Assembly: GCA_950097015.1 (NCBI GenBank)
Contig: CATNEN010000011.1
Location: 3,720,001 to 3,784,000 of the forward strand
Length of the DNA: 64,000 nucleotides
From: Macrostomum hystrix
Taxonomy: Eukaryota; Animalia; Platyhelminthes
Direction: 5' to 3'
The stretch's first letter is position 1; every line of letters starts with the position of its first letter. Shown here in pieces: positions 12,325 to 25,500 of this stretch. The position numbers and the translations under genes are program-made. The notes under the pieces were generated by a model. The model made no database searches, was not told the origin of the DNA, and was given only the letters and a program-made list of their open reading frames with translations.

Positions 12325-13087
12325 CGTGCCGTTTGGCCGGCTGATGTTCTAGAAGCACTTGTTACTGCAATTTAAGCGGTGGAAGGTATCCATTATTTAT
12401 ACGGTTTCAACAAGATCCAGTCTGCACCACAACTGGTCACTCTACATATAAACAATCCAATTCAAGACACCAAGCTTTTCTGCGCAATGCCTTCCAGGTC
12501 CACAATATAGTTTTCATTTAAATCATAGAAGAAGTAATGGATTTATTTGTAAAATAATTGTACCACACGCTTTTATTAATATTGCTACGAGTGTCGTCCG
12601 GAAATTTAATGCAAATTTCAATTGTTTGCATAAAAAGCGGCAAGTTTATTCTTTGAAATGAATCAAAAGTCAGCGACAGATTTGAATTTCTTTTTCACAT
12701 GCTTTTGTCATGATTCGTGACTAGAATTGAGTTTGTTACTAGATAGTTTATGACTAGCTATTGTACTTCCTTATAATTAATCGAAAATGAAGATAATGAA
12801 GAATGAAGATAACTTATTCATGAATAATATAGCTTTATACAATTCGTTAAAGCAACAAGTTTTGCAAGATATTAAAAGAAAAGCATTTGATCCGCCTCCA
12901 ATAAAATGTGATCAACATTTTAATGCGAAAAAATGGAAAAGTTCCTATTTCAATAGTGCATTTTTCCGTGAATATTAGCCATTCAATTATTTTCAAGAAA
13001 TAAAGTGTCTCGTCCTTCTTCTATACTATATAGTGGTCCTTGGGTGAGACACGCTGAAATGATTAACAGTAGAACAACCAAAGGGGG

Positions 13088-14078
13088 AAATCCCCCCTGA
13101 CAATTTTTTTTGCTGCGCCCAAACGTTAAACGCCCAAACGGAGCAACGCAAGCAAACAAAACTCAAGAACACGGGCAAACTTTTTGTTGCGCATCTTCTG
13201 AAACAAGAACCAAGTCGCCAGCCCTTCAGACCGTCGAGATATTCAACAGTTCTGACCGAAGGTTTATTTTATACATCCCCTATACACGAATTAGCACTCC
13301 GCCTCAGTGCGGCCTTGCCAGGCCTTCAAACTTTATCAGCACCTCACCCGAATGTGCCAGCCTCATCTCCGACTTCGGTGGTCACCGCCCTTAATCCAGA
13401 CGGAGCTGCTGGACCTTCAACAGGTGGCACCAGCCGACTATCGACACCCTGATGCGAATTTCTCTTCTTTCTCTGATCAAGCCTCGATATTTGGCAAATT
13501 AAGGCATGCTGCCCTAGTCTGTCAACCAATCAGTCACTAACCCGACGCCGTCAGCACCGTCAGCCGGTGGAACTAATGGTATGTTGTGGATAGAAGCCCC
13601 AAATAAAAAAAATATAGACTCTGTTTTCTGAATTTCTAGGGGAGCATGCCTTGTAGTTGAATGTTGTCAAAATTCGAGGCTTGATCAGCGAAAGTAGAGA
13701 AATTCGCATCAGGGTGTCAATAGCCGGCTGGTGCCACCTGTTGAAGGTCCAGCAGCTCCATCTGGATTAAGGGCGGTGACCACCGAAGACGGAGATGAGG
13801 CTGGCACATTCGGGTGACGTGCTGATAAAGTTTGAAGGCCTGGCAAGGCCGCGCTGAGGCGCAGTGCTAATTAGTGTATAGGGGTGTATGAAATACACTA
13901 GTGCTTATGGGAAAAATCTGACCTTCGGTCAGAACCCTTCAATATTTCGACGGTCTGAAGGGCTGGCGACTTGGTTCTTGTTTCAGAAGATGCGCAACAA
14001 ATAGTTGGCCCGTGTTCTTGAGTTTTGTTTGCTTGCGTTGCTCCGTTCGGGCGCAGCAAAAATTGTCAGGGGGGGAAA
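13088..14078. mobile_element. Foldback/MITE-like element: ~430-bp inverted arms (13088-13517, 13636-14078) with ~118-bp spacer
   Basis: The arms are near reverse complements along their length; no coding capacity. Confidence 0.88.
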
Positions 14079-15561
14079 TACCACCCCCCTGATAAACAGC
14101 TTCCCTGTCTGGCACCAGTCTGTGCCATAGATAAAATCAGCTGTCCCAGAACGAAGGGACCTTGAGTACCACTTTAAGAAAAACTAGTGATCTAGAGATT
14201 GTCTCTTCTCAGAAAGTGGGGCAGCTTTAGTTAGTTAAGACAACTTTATTAAACTAATTTTTAGTTTTAAATATAAAAACCTATGTAACAGGGTTATCTA
14301 TATCTAAGCGATTTATTCACTCGTGTAATTTGAATGTGTTAAAAATAGGTTTGGTATGTGATGGCTCTGAGTACGTCATTGCGCTAAGATTTTAACCAAT
14401 CGTTAGATTAAAATCTCTAGCGAATCGAGTCAAATATTAAACGTGTCAGTTACGAGCGTCGTTTTGTAAGCTAATTAAAAATCAAATAGCATTAGTTATA
14501 TTAAATTACGTTTAAATGATTATAGACTTAAAAAATATTGATGTCAATTAAAAGTTCAATCATTCTCTTTAACTGACTAATATTAAACGTGCGCCCGCCT
14601 CCTACGAAGGACGGTAGCTAGCTAGACACAATTCTGAAGATCAATACACTAGGGCTTCACTCTAAGGAAGTAATTGCTGCACAATACGTCACTGTATCCT
14701 TATGGGGTGGTATTTTGGAGTCCGCCAATGAAGGCTAAATTATTATTACATGCCTTGCCTTAAATGTCTATGGCCTGGCTATATGTCTAGACAAAAAGCC
14801 CCATAACTTTTGGCCATAGACATTAGAGCACGCACCAAGAGGACGATTTGCTGAATTCTTACAGTAAACTATTGATGCACGCCTCAACTGTCTATGGGTA
14901 GGATGCGTCAAAAATCATATAACACCCAATATTTGTGGGCTCTTTAGTGCCTATAGTAAAAAACTGGATGCACCGCACTAGCAGCCACAGTCTACTACAT
15001 CATATTTATTCATCCATAAGTTTTTTGTAGTGCAGTGCAAGCGCAATGTCTGATGGCGCGTAATGTCTATGTTAGGAATATTCGCCAACTAGATCCAGTA
15101 GATCTAGTTAGTGTGTATCTAGCTGCATTTTATATGACACTGATCATTCATCCATTATTTTGGTAAAATGAAAGGAAAAACAATCATTAAAAAGTACATT
15201 TTAACGTGCATTAATTAATCAGTGACGCTGTTTCGTTAGCAAATTTGTAAGCTCGCAATCATTTGTATTGATATTAGTAAGGACAAACAATTAATTAAGC
15301 AGCTGTGAATTAAAAGTCAAGCGAATGTTAGAATATTGTTGTGCATGATACATACTGCAAGCTTGTATTGTTCGATATTATAAGTTTAGTTTTGTTACTG
15401 CATCATCACAACTATGAACAATTGAATGCAATTTAAACAATAAAAAGCAAAAAAAATAAAAAACCACAAAAGACGAAAGAAAAAATCCTGATAAAAATCA
15501 CGAGTGTATTTGCAACAAATAAACAGTTTTTTGGACGGAGTGGTACCTTCAATCACCAAAT

Positions 15562-15981
15562 AACCCTGTAAAAAATTCGGCTGCTTCTTCGGCGGGTTTT
15601 TTGTGCAAAATAGGAGTGGAATCTACCAAAATCTCCCCTATCTCGCAAGAGTTAAAGAAACCACCCAGGAAGCAGCCGATGTAACCGTAAATTGTGCGCA
15701 AACCGCCGAAGAATCACCCGAACCAGTGGCCCATGGGACAACCAGAGAATTATTTACGGGCGATTCCTCGGCGGTTTCTGAGCATGGAATCTTCCGAACT
15801 AGAGGATTCTTTGGATGATTCCATTTCGCCACCAAGAAGCACCGAGAAAACGCCCAGTTGGGTAGATTCTAAGCATGTAATCATCCGATTGGTATGTTTC
15901 CAGCGTTCGGCTGTTTCTTTTTTTGGAAACACCGCAGATTCCAACTGGAATCACCCAAAGAAACATCCCTTTTTTAGCGGG
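15562..15981. mobile_element. Possible degenerate non-autonomous DNA element with oriented GGAATC/GATTCC subterminal motifs
   Basis: Imperfect ends CCCTGTAAAAAA / TTTTTAGCGGG; GAATC motifs on the left and GATTCC motifs on the right. Confidence 0.35.
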
Positions 15982-16234
15982 AAATAATATTTATAAGTTA
16001 TTTAATAAACAAACTAGAAATCTAAAAAAATATGTTCCAAAATGTGACATGAGCTCTTGTCAAGTAGAGTAAAAAATCAATTGATAAAAAGAAGCGAATT
16101 ATTGAAGTTAAAAAGAACACAGTGGTATGGTCTTTGTGAGAACACAGACTTACTTTTTTTACGGCCTGTAACTGAAATAATATTTAACCAATCGCCATAA
16201 AAATCCACAACCCGGGTAATTTTTTTCTGCTCTA

Positions 16235-16436
16235 TCCGATGAAACAACTTTCAGAATCGCAAAACATCGACATCGTCTAGATATTCAACGATGTAAGCAT
16301 CATTTTCTGCTTACATAACTTCATCATGGAACCATGTCGGCTAATATTTAAATATCTTCGACAGTGTCTTCGACAAGAATCGCTGAATATCTCGACGGCG
16401 CCGAGGTCGGACGGCTTCAAAGGTTAGTTCATCGTA
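16235..16436. mobile_element. Small MITE-like inverted repeat downstream of TBC1D19
   Basis: CGATGAAACAAC..ATCGTCTAGATATTCAACGAT (16235-16293) pairs with ATCGCTGAATATCTCGACGG..GTTCATCG (16378-16436). Confidence 0.6.
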
Positions 16437-16583
16437 AAGGGTACGAAAAACGGTCATTCGGTTTGGGAGCTATTGTGAAGTAAACAGTGGGTATCTGAAA
16501 TACCCCTCTGGTCTTTCTACTGTTAAAATAAGTCTGTACAATCTTTGTAGCAGAATAATTGTCAAGAATTTTCGCTGCTGATC

Positions 16584-18686
16584 TCAATCATTGTAACGCG
16601 CAAACAAAGTTAATTGCAGAATCGGACCAACACTCAGAGTGGTCAGATCCGATAAAACAGCTTCGGCTGCCGAGAAAGATTTTGCCTGGAGCAGGTTGTG
16701 CTTTCTGAAAGCGAACACTCCGACAGCGAATATTGGCAGGATTGCTAGACTATCGTAGGCCACAATGCGATCCCAAAGAAGCAAGACTTGTTCGGGCAAT
16801 AACAGACTTGAGAATGCCAGCATCATCCAACGGAAAGCGATACGCAACGGTTGAATGCCTTCGGAGCGGAGATGATGAAACAGTTCCGGCTCGTGAGTTT
16901 GCAGCAAGGATTCGAACAGGGCGCACAATCCCAAGATACTATCGGGCTCCGAGCTGATCACGTGCAGCTTATAAAAGTGACGCGTGTACAGCTCGCGAAA
17001 TAGCAAATAGAGCTCCTTGGGATCTGAGTAGAGAAAGCAGAGAGGGCAAAGCAGTAGGGCAAAGCCGTGAAACGGAATCACTCCAGACGGCGGATACGAC
17101 ACCGCTGATGCTTCGTCGCCAACTCGACCGTTCAGATAGGCCTTGGGAGCGGTGGCGCAGCAGCGTCGATAAACACCAGCAACAACTGGATCTCTGCTGA
17201 GCATTAGCAATACCATATGCAAATAGTCTTCAAATACAAAGTACATATCATTGTTTGCAGCGGTTAGTTTAACGTCTTTAAATATGAGAGCGTCTACTAG
17301 CAGATCGTGATCTAGTACGGCCTGTTTCAGGCCCTGAAGATACTGCTCAGAGTAGCCAGTAACAGTAACATCAAATATTAGAGACCAGAGTCGGCCGCGG
17401 TAGGACAATGGCACGCCGCGTTTTGCCAACTCTTGAGCTAATGGCGCATTGCCAGACTCCAGTACCTGTTGGTTTGGAAATTAGTTGTCAAAAACTCACT
17501 CGCGTAGTCTGACAGACGAGCGAAATAAAGGGAATGTCAACTTAAGGCTCTAGAATGGAACTCGACGTCAATATGCAAACCAAAGCGGCTGAAATCAGTA
17601 GCCGGTCGATCCAGTCGACTAGAAACGCCTATGTTACTCTGGGGGATAAATAGGATAAAAGGGGGATTTCGTGTCAGCTCAAGGCTCTAGAATCGAGCCT
17701 GAGGTCAATACTCTAACTGAATTATCCCACAGGGTAAGGACCGGAATTTCTAGTCGACAGGATTGACCAGCTACTGATTTCAGTCGGTTTGGTTCGATGA
17801 TTGACAAGCTTTGGCTCTTTTCTAGAGCATTAAGTTGACGTCCACTTGGACCGGTATTTAAACTGAATTAAAAATATCTGCTTGTTGGCTTTCGAATTAA
17901 ATCTTTGATGAGTCGACCTGCGACGAACTTTTTATGTCCTTGCGACGTCTGAGTACTGAGTAAAAACTCACACTAGTGGACTAGAGAACGAACCTTGACT
18001 GTTAGCTTCTCCCGTTCGGTGTCACCGTCGGGTAGACACTCGTCGTCGACACCAGTCTGGGACAGACCGATAGCCAAATCGTGAAAATCTAATCTCAACT
18101 GGTCGATGGATTTGCAACGCAACGGGGCCTGAATTAGGCCCCAGCGAGTGTCGGTGACTTCTGCTAACGCATTCGGACAACGGACGGCAACTAGCACTTC
18201 GAGAAAGTCTTTGGAAGCGTACACTGGCCGGATTGAGGACACGTCTTTCTCTAGCACACTGAGCTCGTTCCATTTAGCTACAAGAGCGTTGAAATCTTTC
18301 TCGGTGCGTCGGCGAGCTAACGGAAGTCCTAGATCGGTGCACATTGTGTTGAGACTCTTGCAGATCCGCTTCTCCCAGTTGGCCTGGGCTCGAGTAATGT
18401 GAGCAGCTTCTCCAACAACTGGGGTAGAAGGCTGCTGCTGATACTGACGCTTCGGCAATTTAGCCGATGCCGCAAACAGCCAATTGATGAGGCTCCGACG
18501 AGTCTCGGGAGTGTTTAACCGATCTAGAAGTGCCTCCTTGGCAGCGTTGAAGCCGCCACTAGAACCGGCAGCGAAGCCGCTAGAGCTGGCCGATGTCAAA
18601 TCTTTCTCAACTGACTCCAATAGGCGCAGATGCAAATCTGAGTCAAAGAAATTGCGGCAGAGTTCCTCTAGGTCGGCTTCGTCCAT
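16584..18686 (-). CDS. TBC1D19: TBC1 domain family member 19 (Rab-GAP-fold), ~524 aa, 2 exons
   Basis: Exons 18686-17994 and 17465-16584 (AAG|GTTCGT..CAG|GTA, phase 0). HDLLVDALIFKDVKLTAANNDMYFVFEDYL and PPSGVIPFHGF match remembered TBC1D19 sequence; length is as expected. Confidence 0.93.
17536..17839. mobile_element. MITE with ~90-bp imperfect TIRs in TBC1D19 intron
   Basis: GTCAACTTAAGGCTCTAGAA..CTGAAATCAGTAGCCGGTCGATCCAGTCGACTAGAAA versus TTTCTAGTCGACAGGATTGACCAGCTACTGATTTCAG..TTCTAGAGCATTAAGTTGAC. Confidence 0.75.
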
Positions 18687-18961
18687 TGTCTAATCTCGAT
18701 TGTTTGTTTGTTACTACTTAAGCTTGTAGCTTCGTAATTGACTGAAAAATATTTAGGAGATGATTTGATTGAAAATGTCCCTAACAATCAACAGAATTAG
18801 GAGAAAAAAAACTAGACCTCCCAGTACAGTTGCACTAGATGTACAGCCGGTTGCACAAGAGCTGTGTACAATGTAACGCTGGTACCCATTTTACAGCAAG
18901 CAATTCTCAGTTGTGAATAACCATATTTGTATTTTGTAATTTAATTATTTTTATATAGCAG

Positions 18962-19230
18962 GGATTGTAGCCTCGACTTGAAGGTCGAGGGTTCGATTCT
19001 CGACTCCATTGGAACAATTCGGGCCCATTAGCAAGACACTTAACTCTGCATTGCTTCTATTCAGCCAGCTATAAATGGGTACCAGCATCAGCTGGGGTAA
19101 TTTAGGGTGGGCGTGGCGTCCCCCCAGTCCATGGACTGAACAGCCGTACGCAGCCTTCAGATGCGCCGCGCATTAGCTGCGGCTGTGCTGTCCGCTGCAC
19201 ATCTGGCCCAATTGGGGCAGGCATAATCAA
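18962..19230 (+). mobile_element. SINE family A copy
   Basis: B box GGTTCGATTC, central AGCAAGACACTTAACTCTGCATTGCTTC and the same 3' tail as the 3514 copy. Confidence 0.85.
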
Positions 19231-19504
19231 CCAGTAATTATTACTATTAAATAAAATAATTAAGTGAAAGTCGAACAAACAACACAGAGTTATCCAGTCC
19301 AAGAAAATAAGATTTGCTGTCATTTGCATCATGACCAGTTTGAAGCTTTAATTATTAGTTTGGACGTTCAGAAACAGAGACCAGACGACAACATTATCAA
19401 ATAGCTTTCCTGGCTGATGCCACAGAAAAGTAGGAAATGCTTATCAAGTTCAATCAATTATAGTAAGAAAACGGAACAACGATTTTATATTTCTGAAGAC
19501 TGGA

Positions 19505-22500
19505 TCATTTCCGCTTGCCAAATTTGGTTTTACGAACGTTGCCACGACCGCCCTTGGTGACGCCGCCGCCAGCTGGGGACCTCACTAAGCTCTTGTACTT
19601 GCCTAGGCGGGTCAGCTTACCGGAGACATTCTTGCGATTCAACAAACGCCTGTCCAGCGTCAAAAATGAATAGGGATCAAGGCCATCGCTAGGCTTCTTT
19701 GCTTTCTTCTTTGCCACCGGACGCTGCTGCTGCTGTTGCTGCGGTGTCTTCTTCAGGTCGCGATGGATTCCTCGACCTCCTGGCTTGTACCTGGCCTCAT
19801 TCTTCTTGCCACTGTTCTTCTCTTCGTCGTCGGATGACGAATCGGCAGAAGACACGCCGCCAGAAATGTCGTCATCATCGCCATCGTCGAGGAGATCAAC
19901 GCCGAGCTTGGTCTTAGCCGACGCTGCCAACTTCTGACGCCGTTTCGCAGCCTTCAAATCTGCTGCCGCCGACTGTTGCTCGTCGCCATCATCACCGTCA
20001 TCGTCGTCGCTCTCCTCGATGATCATTCGACCATCCGAGGCCAGTTTGAAATCGTTGTCCAGTCGACGCTTCTTGCCAGCTGGATCAGCTGACTGGGCTG
20101 GCGGCTTGCTCCGGTGAATCCTAGATGCGGCCTGCGAATCGCGCAAATCTAAGATCTCATCATCGGCCTCTTCAAGCCAGGCTGCGTCGCCAGTTCTAGC
20201 CGAGTGTTTGCGACGTCGCCGACTATTCAAACTTTTCTTGTCGCTTCTGTTAGTTTTGGATTCGTCCGAATCGCTGGCCCCAGACGAGTCCTCGGACATC
20301 TTCAATATGTCGTCAATGCCGCGAATGATTCTAGTGACATCCGACTGCCTGCCAACACTGCTGGCATCGTCGGCGTTGTCGGCGCCACCGGAGGCGCCGT
20401 GCGACTTTTTGAGTCGCTCCTTATGCTCGGTACGTTTTCTAACATTGTTCAGCTGTTTGTGATAGAAGGCTGGCAAAGCTGATCGGAGTGCGTCGTAGGG
20501 AAAAGCGGCCAGAAGGTCGGTCAGGATTCGACGAACTGTGGCTCTGGAGTGTTTGAAATGCTTTTTTAGGTAATGAGTAATTGATAAAAAGGTTTATTAC
20601 CATTAATTTGTACTAAGTAACGTTCCTCAGTACACCTGTACTTTTAATAGCTTGTAGCTCAATGATTATTAGTTTGTTCAGAGGTTGTAGCCTAGTGCAT
20701 AGTTAGAGCGTCGGACTCACGACTTGAAGGTCAGGGGTTCGATTCCCGACTCCACTGGAACAATTTGCGTCCTTTAGCAAGACACTTAAGTCTGCATTGC
20801 TTCAGTTCACCCAGCTGTTAAATGGGTACCAGCATCAGCTGGGATAATTGAAGGTGGGTGTGGCGTCCCCCCAGTCCATGGACTGAACAGCTGTACGCAG
20901 CCTTCAGATGCGCCGCGCATTAGCTGCGGCTGTGCTGTCGGCTGCACATCTGACCCAATTGGGGCAGGTTTAATCAATTATTATTATTATTACTATTATT
21001 TCAATGATTTTAAACCTTTATGGCGATTTCATATTAGTGATATAGTGTAATGTGGTAAAAAATACTAGTTGACATAGTTACAAGATGAAATTTCGTGAGT
21101 AGAAAAATATTGTCTATTTTGTTTGTTTTTGCCACCAGACACCCCCACGAGAATCTTTGAATATCTCGACGACGCCAATGTGTTCCGCTCATTGGAAGGA
21201 ACGGAAACTTTTCGGCCGCGCTCTGCATTTTCATGGCGTTTGGTTGAATATTTTAGGAGATATAGAAAAAATCATCTGTTAAGCGTCCTACCCAGTCCAT
21301 GGACTGAACAGCTGTACACTAGGCGCCATAAAAAAATTTTGGTACTCGCCTGAAAGCAGGCCTCAGGTCCAGTGGCAAAGCCTCCAAGCACTCGGCCACC
21401 TGTTCCAGAGTGTAGGCGTGACCGAACTTTCGCACCACAGACGCCAAACAGCGCAGCGCGGCTTTGACTAAAGTGCGCGGACTTTCAGCGCCAGACATTG
21501 TGTCGGATAATCTACGCAGCAGTGAAGCCAGCAATGACCTATTCATGCAGTGCCGCAGATGGCTGAGCAGTCCGGTGACTGAGTAGAGAGCAGCCTGCAG
21601 CGTATCAGGGTCAGTGCCAGCTGCGGCAAACACCGCCGACAGGAATCCCAACGCTACGCCGCTGCTATCGTCGCCATCGTCAAGGCCGTCATCGTCTCCG
21701 TCGCCCAGCTGGCTTTGTTTTCGCATCTGGTCGGCATAGAATCGAAACACTTCCAATAGTAGGCTGTCTGCAGCCTCCCTAGCCTGACTGTTCTGCTCCC
21801 GACTGCCTAGGACTGCCTCAGGTAGTGCCAGCTCAGCCAGTTGTCGCCTCCGATCATTGCCGATGCTATCTGAGGCTAGCCAGGCCTCGCCATTGGAGAC
21901 GCACAGAGCCAGACAGCGAAGGCGAGACTTTCGGCTACTGGGCGACGCTGGGCCAGCGGCCGCGGCGTCAACTAGCAGATTAGCTAATCGGCCGATGGCG
22001 GAGGCGCTGACAGCGGGCGAATCGGTGAGCTGCGAATCCTACATGAAATAATGCTTTTTAAAACATCGCTAGTCTTTAATACTGTCATCGTGTTTTAGCT
22101 CTCCCGTGTCCCAACTATCCCCTTATAACATTTCTCTCTCATGTCTCATCTATCTCATGTCTCATCTATCTCGTGTCTCATCTATCTCGTGTCTCATCTA
22201 TCTCATGTCTCATCTATCTCGTGTCTCATCTATCTCATGTCTCATCTATCTCATGTCTCATCTATCTCATGTCTCATCTATCTCATGTCACATCTATCTC
22301 ATGTCACATCTATCTCGTGTCTCATCTATCTCACGTCTCATCTATCTCGTGTCTCATCTATCTCGTGTCTCATCTATCTCGTGTCTCATCTATCTCGTGT
22401 CTCATCTATCTCATGTCTCATCTATCTCATGTCTCATCTATCTCATGTCTCATCAATCTCATGTCACATCTATCTCATGTCACATCTATCTCGTGTCTCA

Positions 22501-25500
22501 TCTATCTCACGTCTCATCTATCTCGTGTCTCATCTATCTCGTGTCTCATCTATCTCGTGTCTCATCTATCTCGTGTCTCATCTATCTCATGTCTCATCTA
22601 TCTCGTGTCTCATCTATCTCGTGTCTCATCTATCTCGTGTCTCATCTATCTCGTGTCTCATCTATCTCACGTCTCATCTATCTCATGTCTCATCTATCTC
22701 GTGTCTCATCTATCTCGTGTCTCATCTATCTCATGTATCATCTATCTCGTGTCTCATCTATCTCACGTCTCATCTATCTCGTGTCTCGTCTCGCATGCAT
22801 TATTTATATATATTAAATTATTACTTCACTGCATCACTTTTCTCGTGTTTCATCTCACCACAAAGCCTATTGCTCGACACAGGGTTGGCATAGTCTACCC
22901 TGCCCTAGAAACCGAATTTCATCAAGAATCTAAAGCAGAATAAGAATTACCTGATTATCTCTGCCTTTTCTAGCCGCACAGAGCAGCGACTCGGCCAGTC
23001 TATAGCCTTTCTTCTCCAAAACAATAGATTGGGCGTTTTTATCCTCGACATTGTGCTGCAGACCGCACCACTGTGCAACCAGATCCACAGCAGGATTAAT
23101 ATCGACCAAATGTGGTGCCAAAGCAATGGCCAAATCTGCCGATTCCCTAGCGACATCGGCTTGATTCTTCTCATTCATAGCCGCATTAGCTTTGGCAACA
23201 GCTTTGACAAACCAGTTGGCTAACAGTTCCGAAGGACAAATCGGAGCGTAGGCTCTGACAGTTTCCAAAGCTGCTAGCCTGTGGGATCTGGTAGCATTGG
23301 CGGTGTCCGAGTGCAGACTGAACAGTCTGGGCATGTAGTTCTTAGCGTAGCCAGACATCAGACTGTGCAAGACGGAGTCTTCAAGGGCTGCATTTGCCAG
23401 ACGACGCAGAGCTGCCAACAGGTGGAGCCGTATGTCCGGCCTAGACAGCAGCAGTTCGCCGAGTTGTCTAGCCAATGCCGGCAGAGCTAGTTTAGCATCG
23501 GCGGGTGCCGTACAGAAGGCCGGCAGAGCCTGCCAGATCTGCAGCTCCAGCAGGCGAGCCGCGGGAGATGCTCCAGTCGACGAAGCCGCCTGGCATCGTT
23601 TCGCCAACGGCAACAGATGCTGGCTAAATGCGACAAGCTCAGCGCCACGCCTGACATGCTTTGGCAGCAAGGGCAGCAGCCAGGATCGTCGCCAAGAATC
23701 AGACGAAGCGGCCGGATCTAAACCGGACAGTTGAACTGCGGCTAGGAAACCAGCCGGCCCGAGGGTCTCCAGAGCGGCTGCCAGAGCCGATTCGAGGCAG
23801 GCGCACAGGGCGGCGTCCTTATCGTCGGCGGAATCTCGCAGGCTAGCTAGGCTGGTCAGGCAGGCTGCTAAATCGGCCTGACCACGGCAGTCGGAGCCGT
23901 GGCAACGAATGAAAGCTGCCAGTAGGCGAGCAACATGCGGCCAGGCGGTGTAGTACTGATAGGAGGACAGGCCGCCAGTCAGCGCTGCCAGAACAGTTGA
24001 CCGAAGACTCGCCAGAGCTGCCTGACGCTGGAGTTTAGGCGCCAATTCTACTAGCAGATAGTGGCAAGTATCGCGACAAGATTTCCTAGCGGCTTCGGTT
24101 AAACCCGACTGGCCTAGGCTGCGAAACGCCACGCTGAACAGTTTGTTAATGTGGGCTTCAAGAATGCTGGCGCGCTCGTTGTCGAAGTTGTCTTTATCTT
24201 CGTCGTTGGCAGAGTCTGGTGGAGCCAAGGAGCCAACCCCGGCCCTGACTGTGTCCAGCCAGATTCGGGTACTCTCAGCGTCCTCGAGGGGAGGCCTGGC
24301 GTCGTACAGGGCGTTGACAATCTGGCCGGTGAGGGCGGCCGATAGGCAGGTGTCGAGCCTGCGGCGCCAAAACAAAGCGCGGATTGCGCACATGGACTCG
24401 GCAAAGATAGCTGCATCCGCTGTGGGTGCCAGGGCTAGGACAGATTCCACAGTTGCCTTGGCCTGCCGCTCAGTCTGGTAGCTGGCCGACAGGCGCAGCA
24501 GACGAAGCGCTGATGCTGCGACAGCCGACGAGGTTGAGCGAAGCTGCTCCAAAGCGTAGGCGGTTGTCAAGGCAACCGGTACGGAGGCATCGGTTGAGGC
24601 TAGAGTGTCGGCGATGGCTTGAGCGGCAGCTTTGCGAATTCTCGGCCGATCAGATTGGCTGAATTGAAGAACCTGCCGAGGTAAAAATTTAGGCAATTAC
24701 AAATTCAACAATTCGATACATATCGGCTTTCTTTTTTAAACAAACAAAAACTGTATAATTTTATAAATTGTATGTGTACACATCCGAAACGCAATGATCT
24801 GACTAACGAACAGCGCAATGACCGGCCACAGGCTTGTGAGCATAATTTGAATGAGCAAAAAGGGAGAAGTAAATGAGCAATTAAATGAGCAACTGTATGA
24901 TCAATTAAATGAGCGACTGTATGATTAATTAGCGACAATAAGAGTAACGGAATCAGAAATCATATGATCAACTGAATGAGCGATTAAATGAGCAGTTCAA
25001 TAAGCGACCAAATAAGCAACTGAATGAGTGACCATATATGAGCAACTGAATGAGCGACCATATGAGCAACTGAATGAGTGACCAAATGAGCAACTGGATG
25101 AGCGACCATATGAGCAACTGAATGAGTGACCATATGAACAACTGAATGAGCGACCATATGAGCAACTGAATGAGTGACCAAATGAGCAACTGAATGAGCG
25201 ACCATATGAGCAACTGAATGAGCGACCATATGAGCAATTGAATGAGCGACTGTGATCATTTTAACTAGCGACCATATGAGCGATAAGTACGAGATATTAT
25301 ACAAACAGACTAAAGCGCCGAAATTCAAAAGGCTTTCAGATCAGCGTCACAGTCGACACCTGAAACTCACCGCCTGCAAGACCTGGCGTGTAGCCGCAGA
25401 ATGCCAGGCAGTCTTGGGTAGAGAGGCCATAGCGCTGCCTAGGCACAGTAGCAGGCTTCTAGGCAGGCCGGCGCTTGACAACGAAGAAGCGTCGGCATTT

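Noticed and set aside
12787-12978. Short AT-rich ORFs in intergenic regions (also 28960, 29501, 57683, 62508)
   Set aside because: No splice context, codon signal or recognisable domain.
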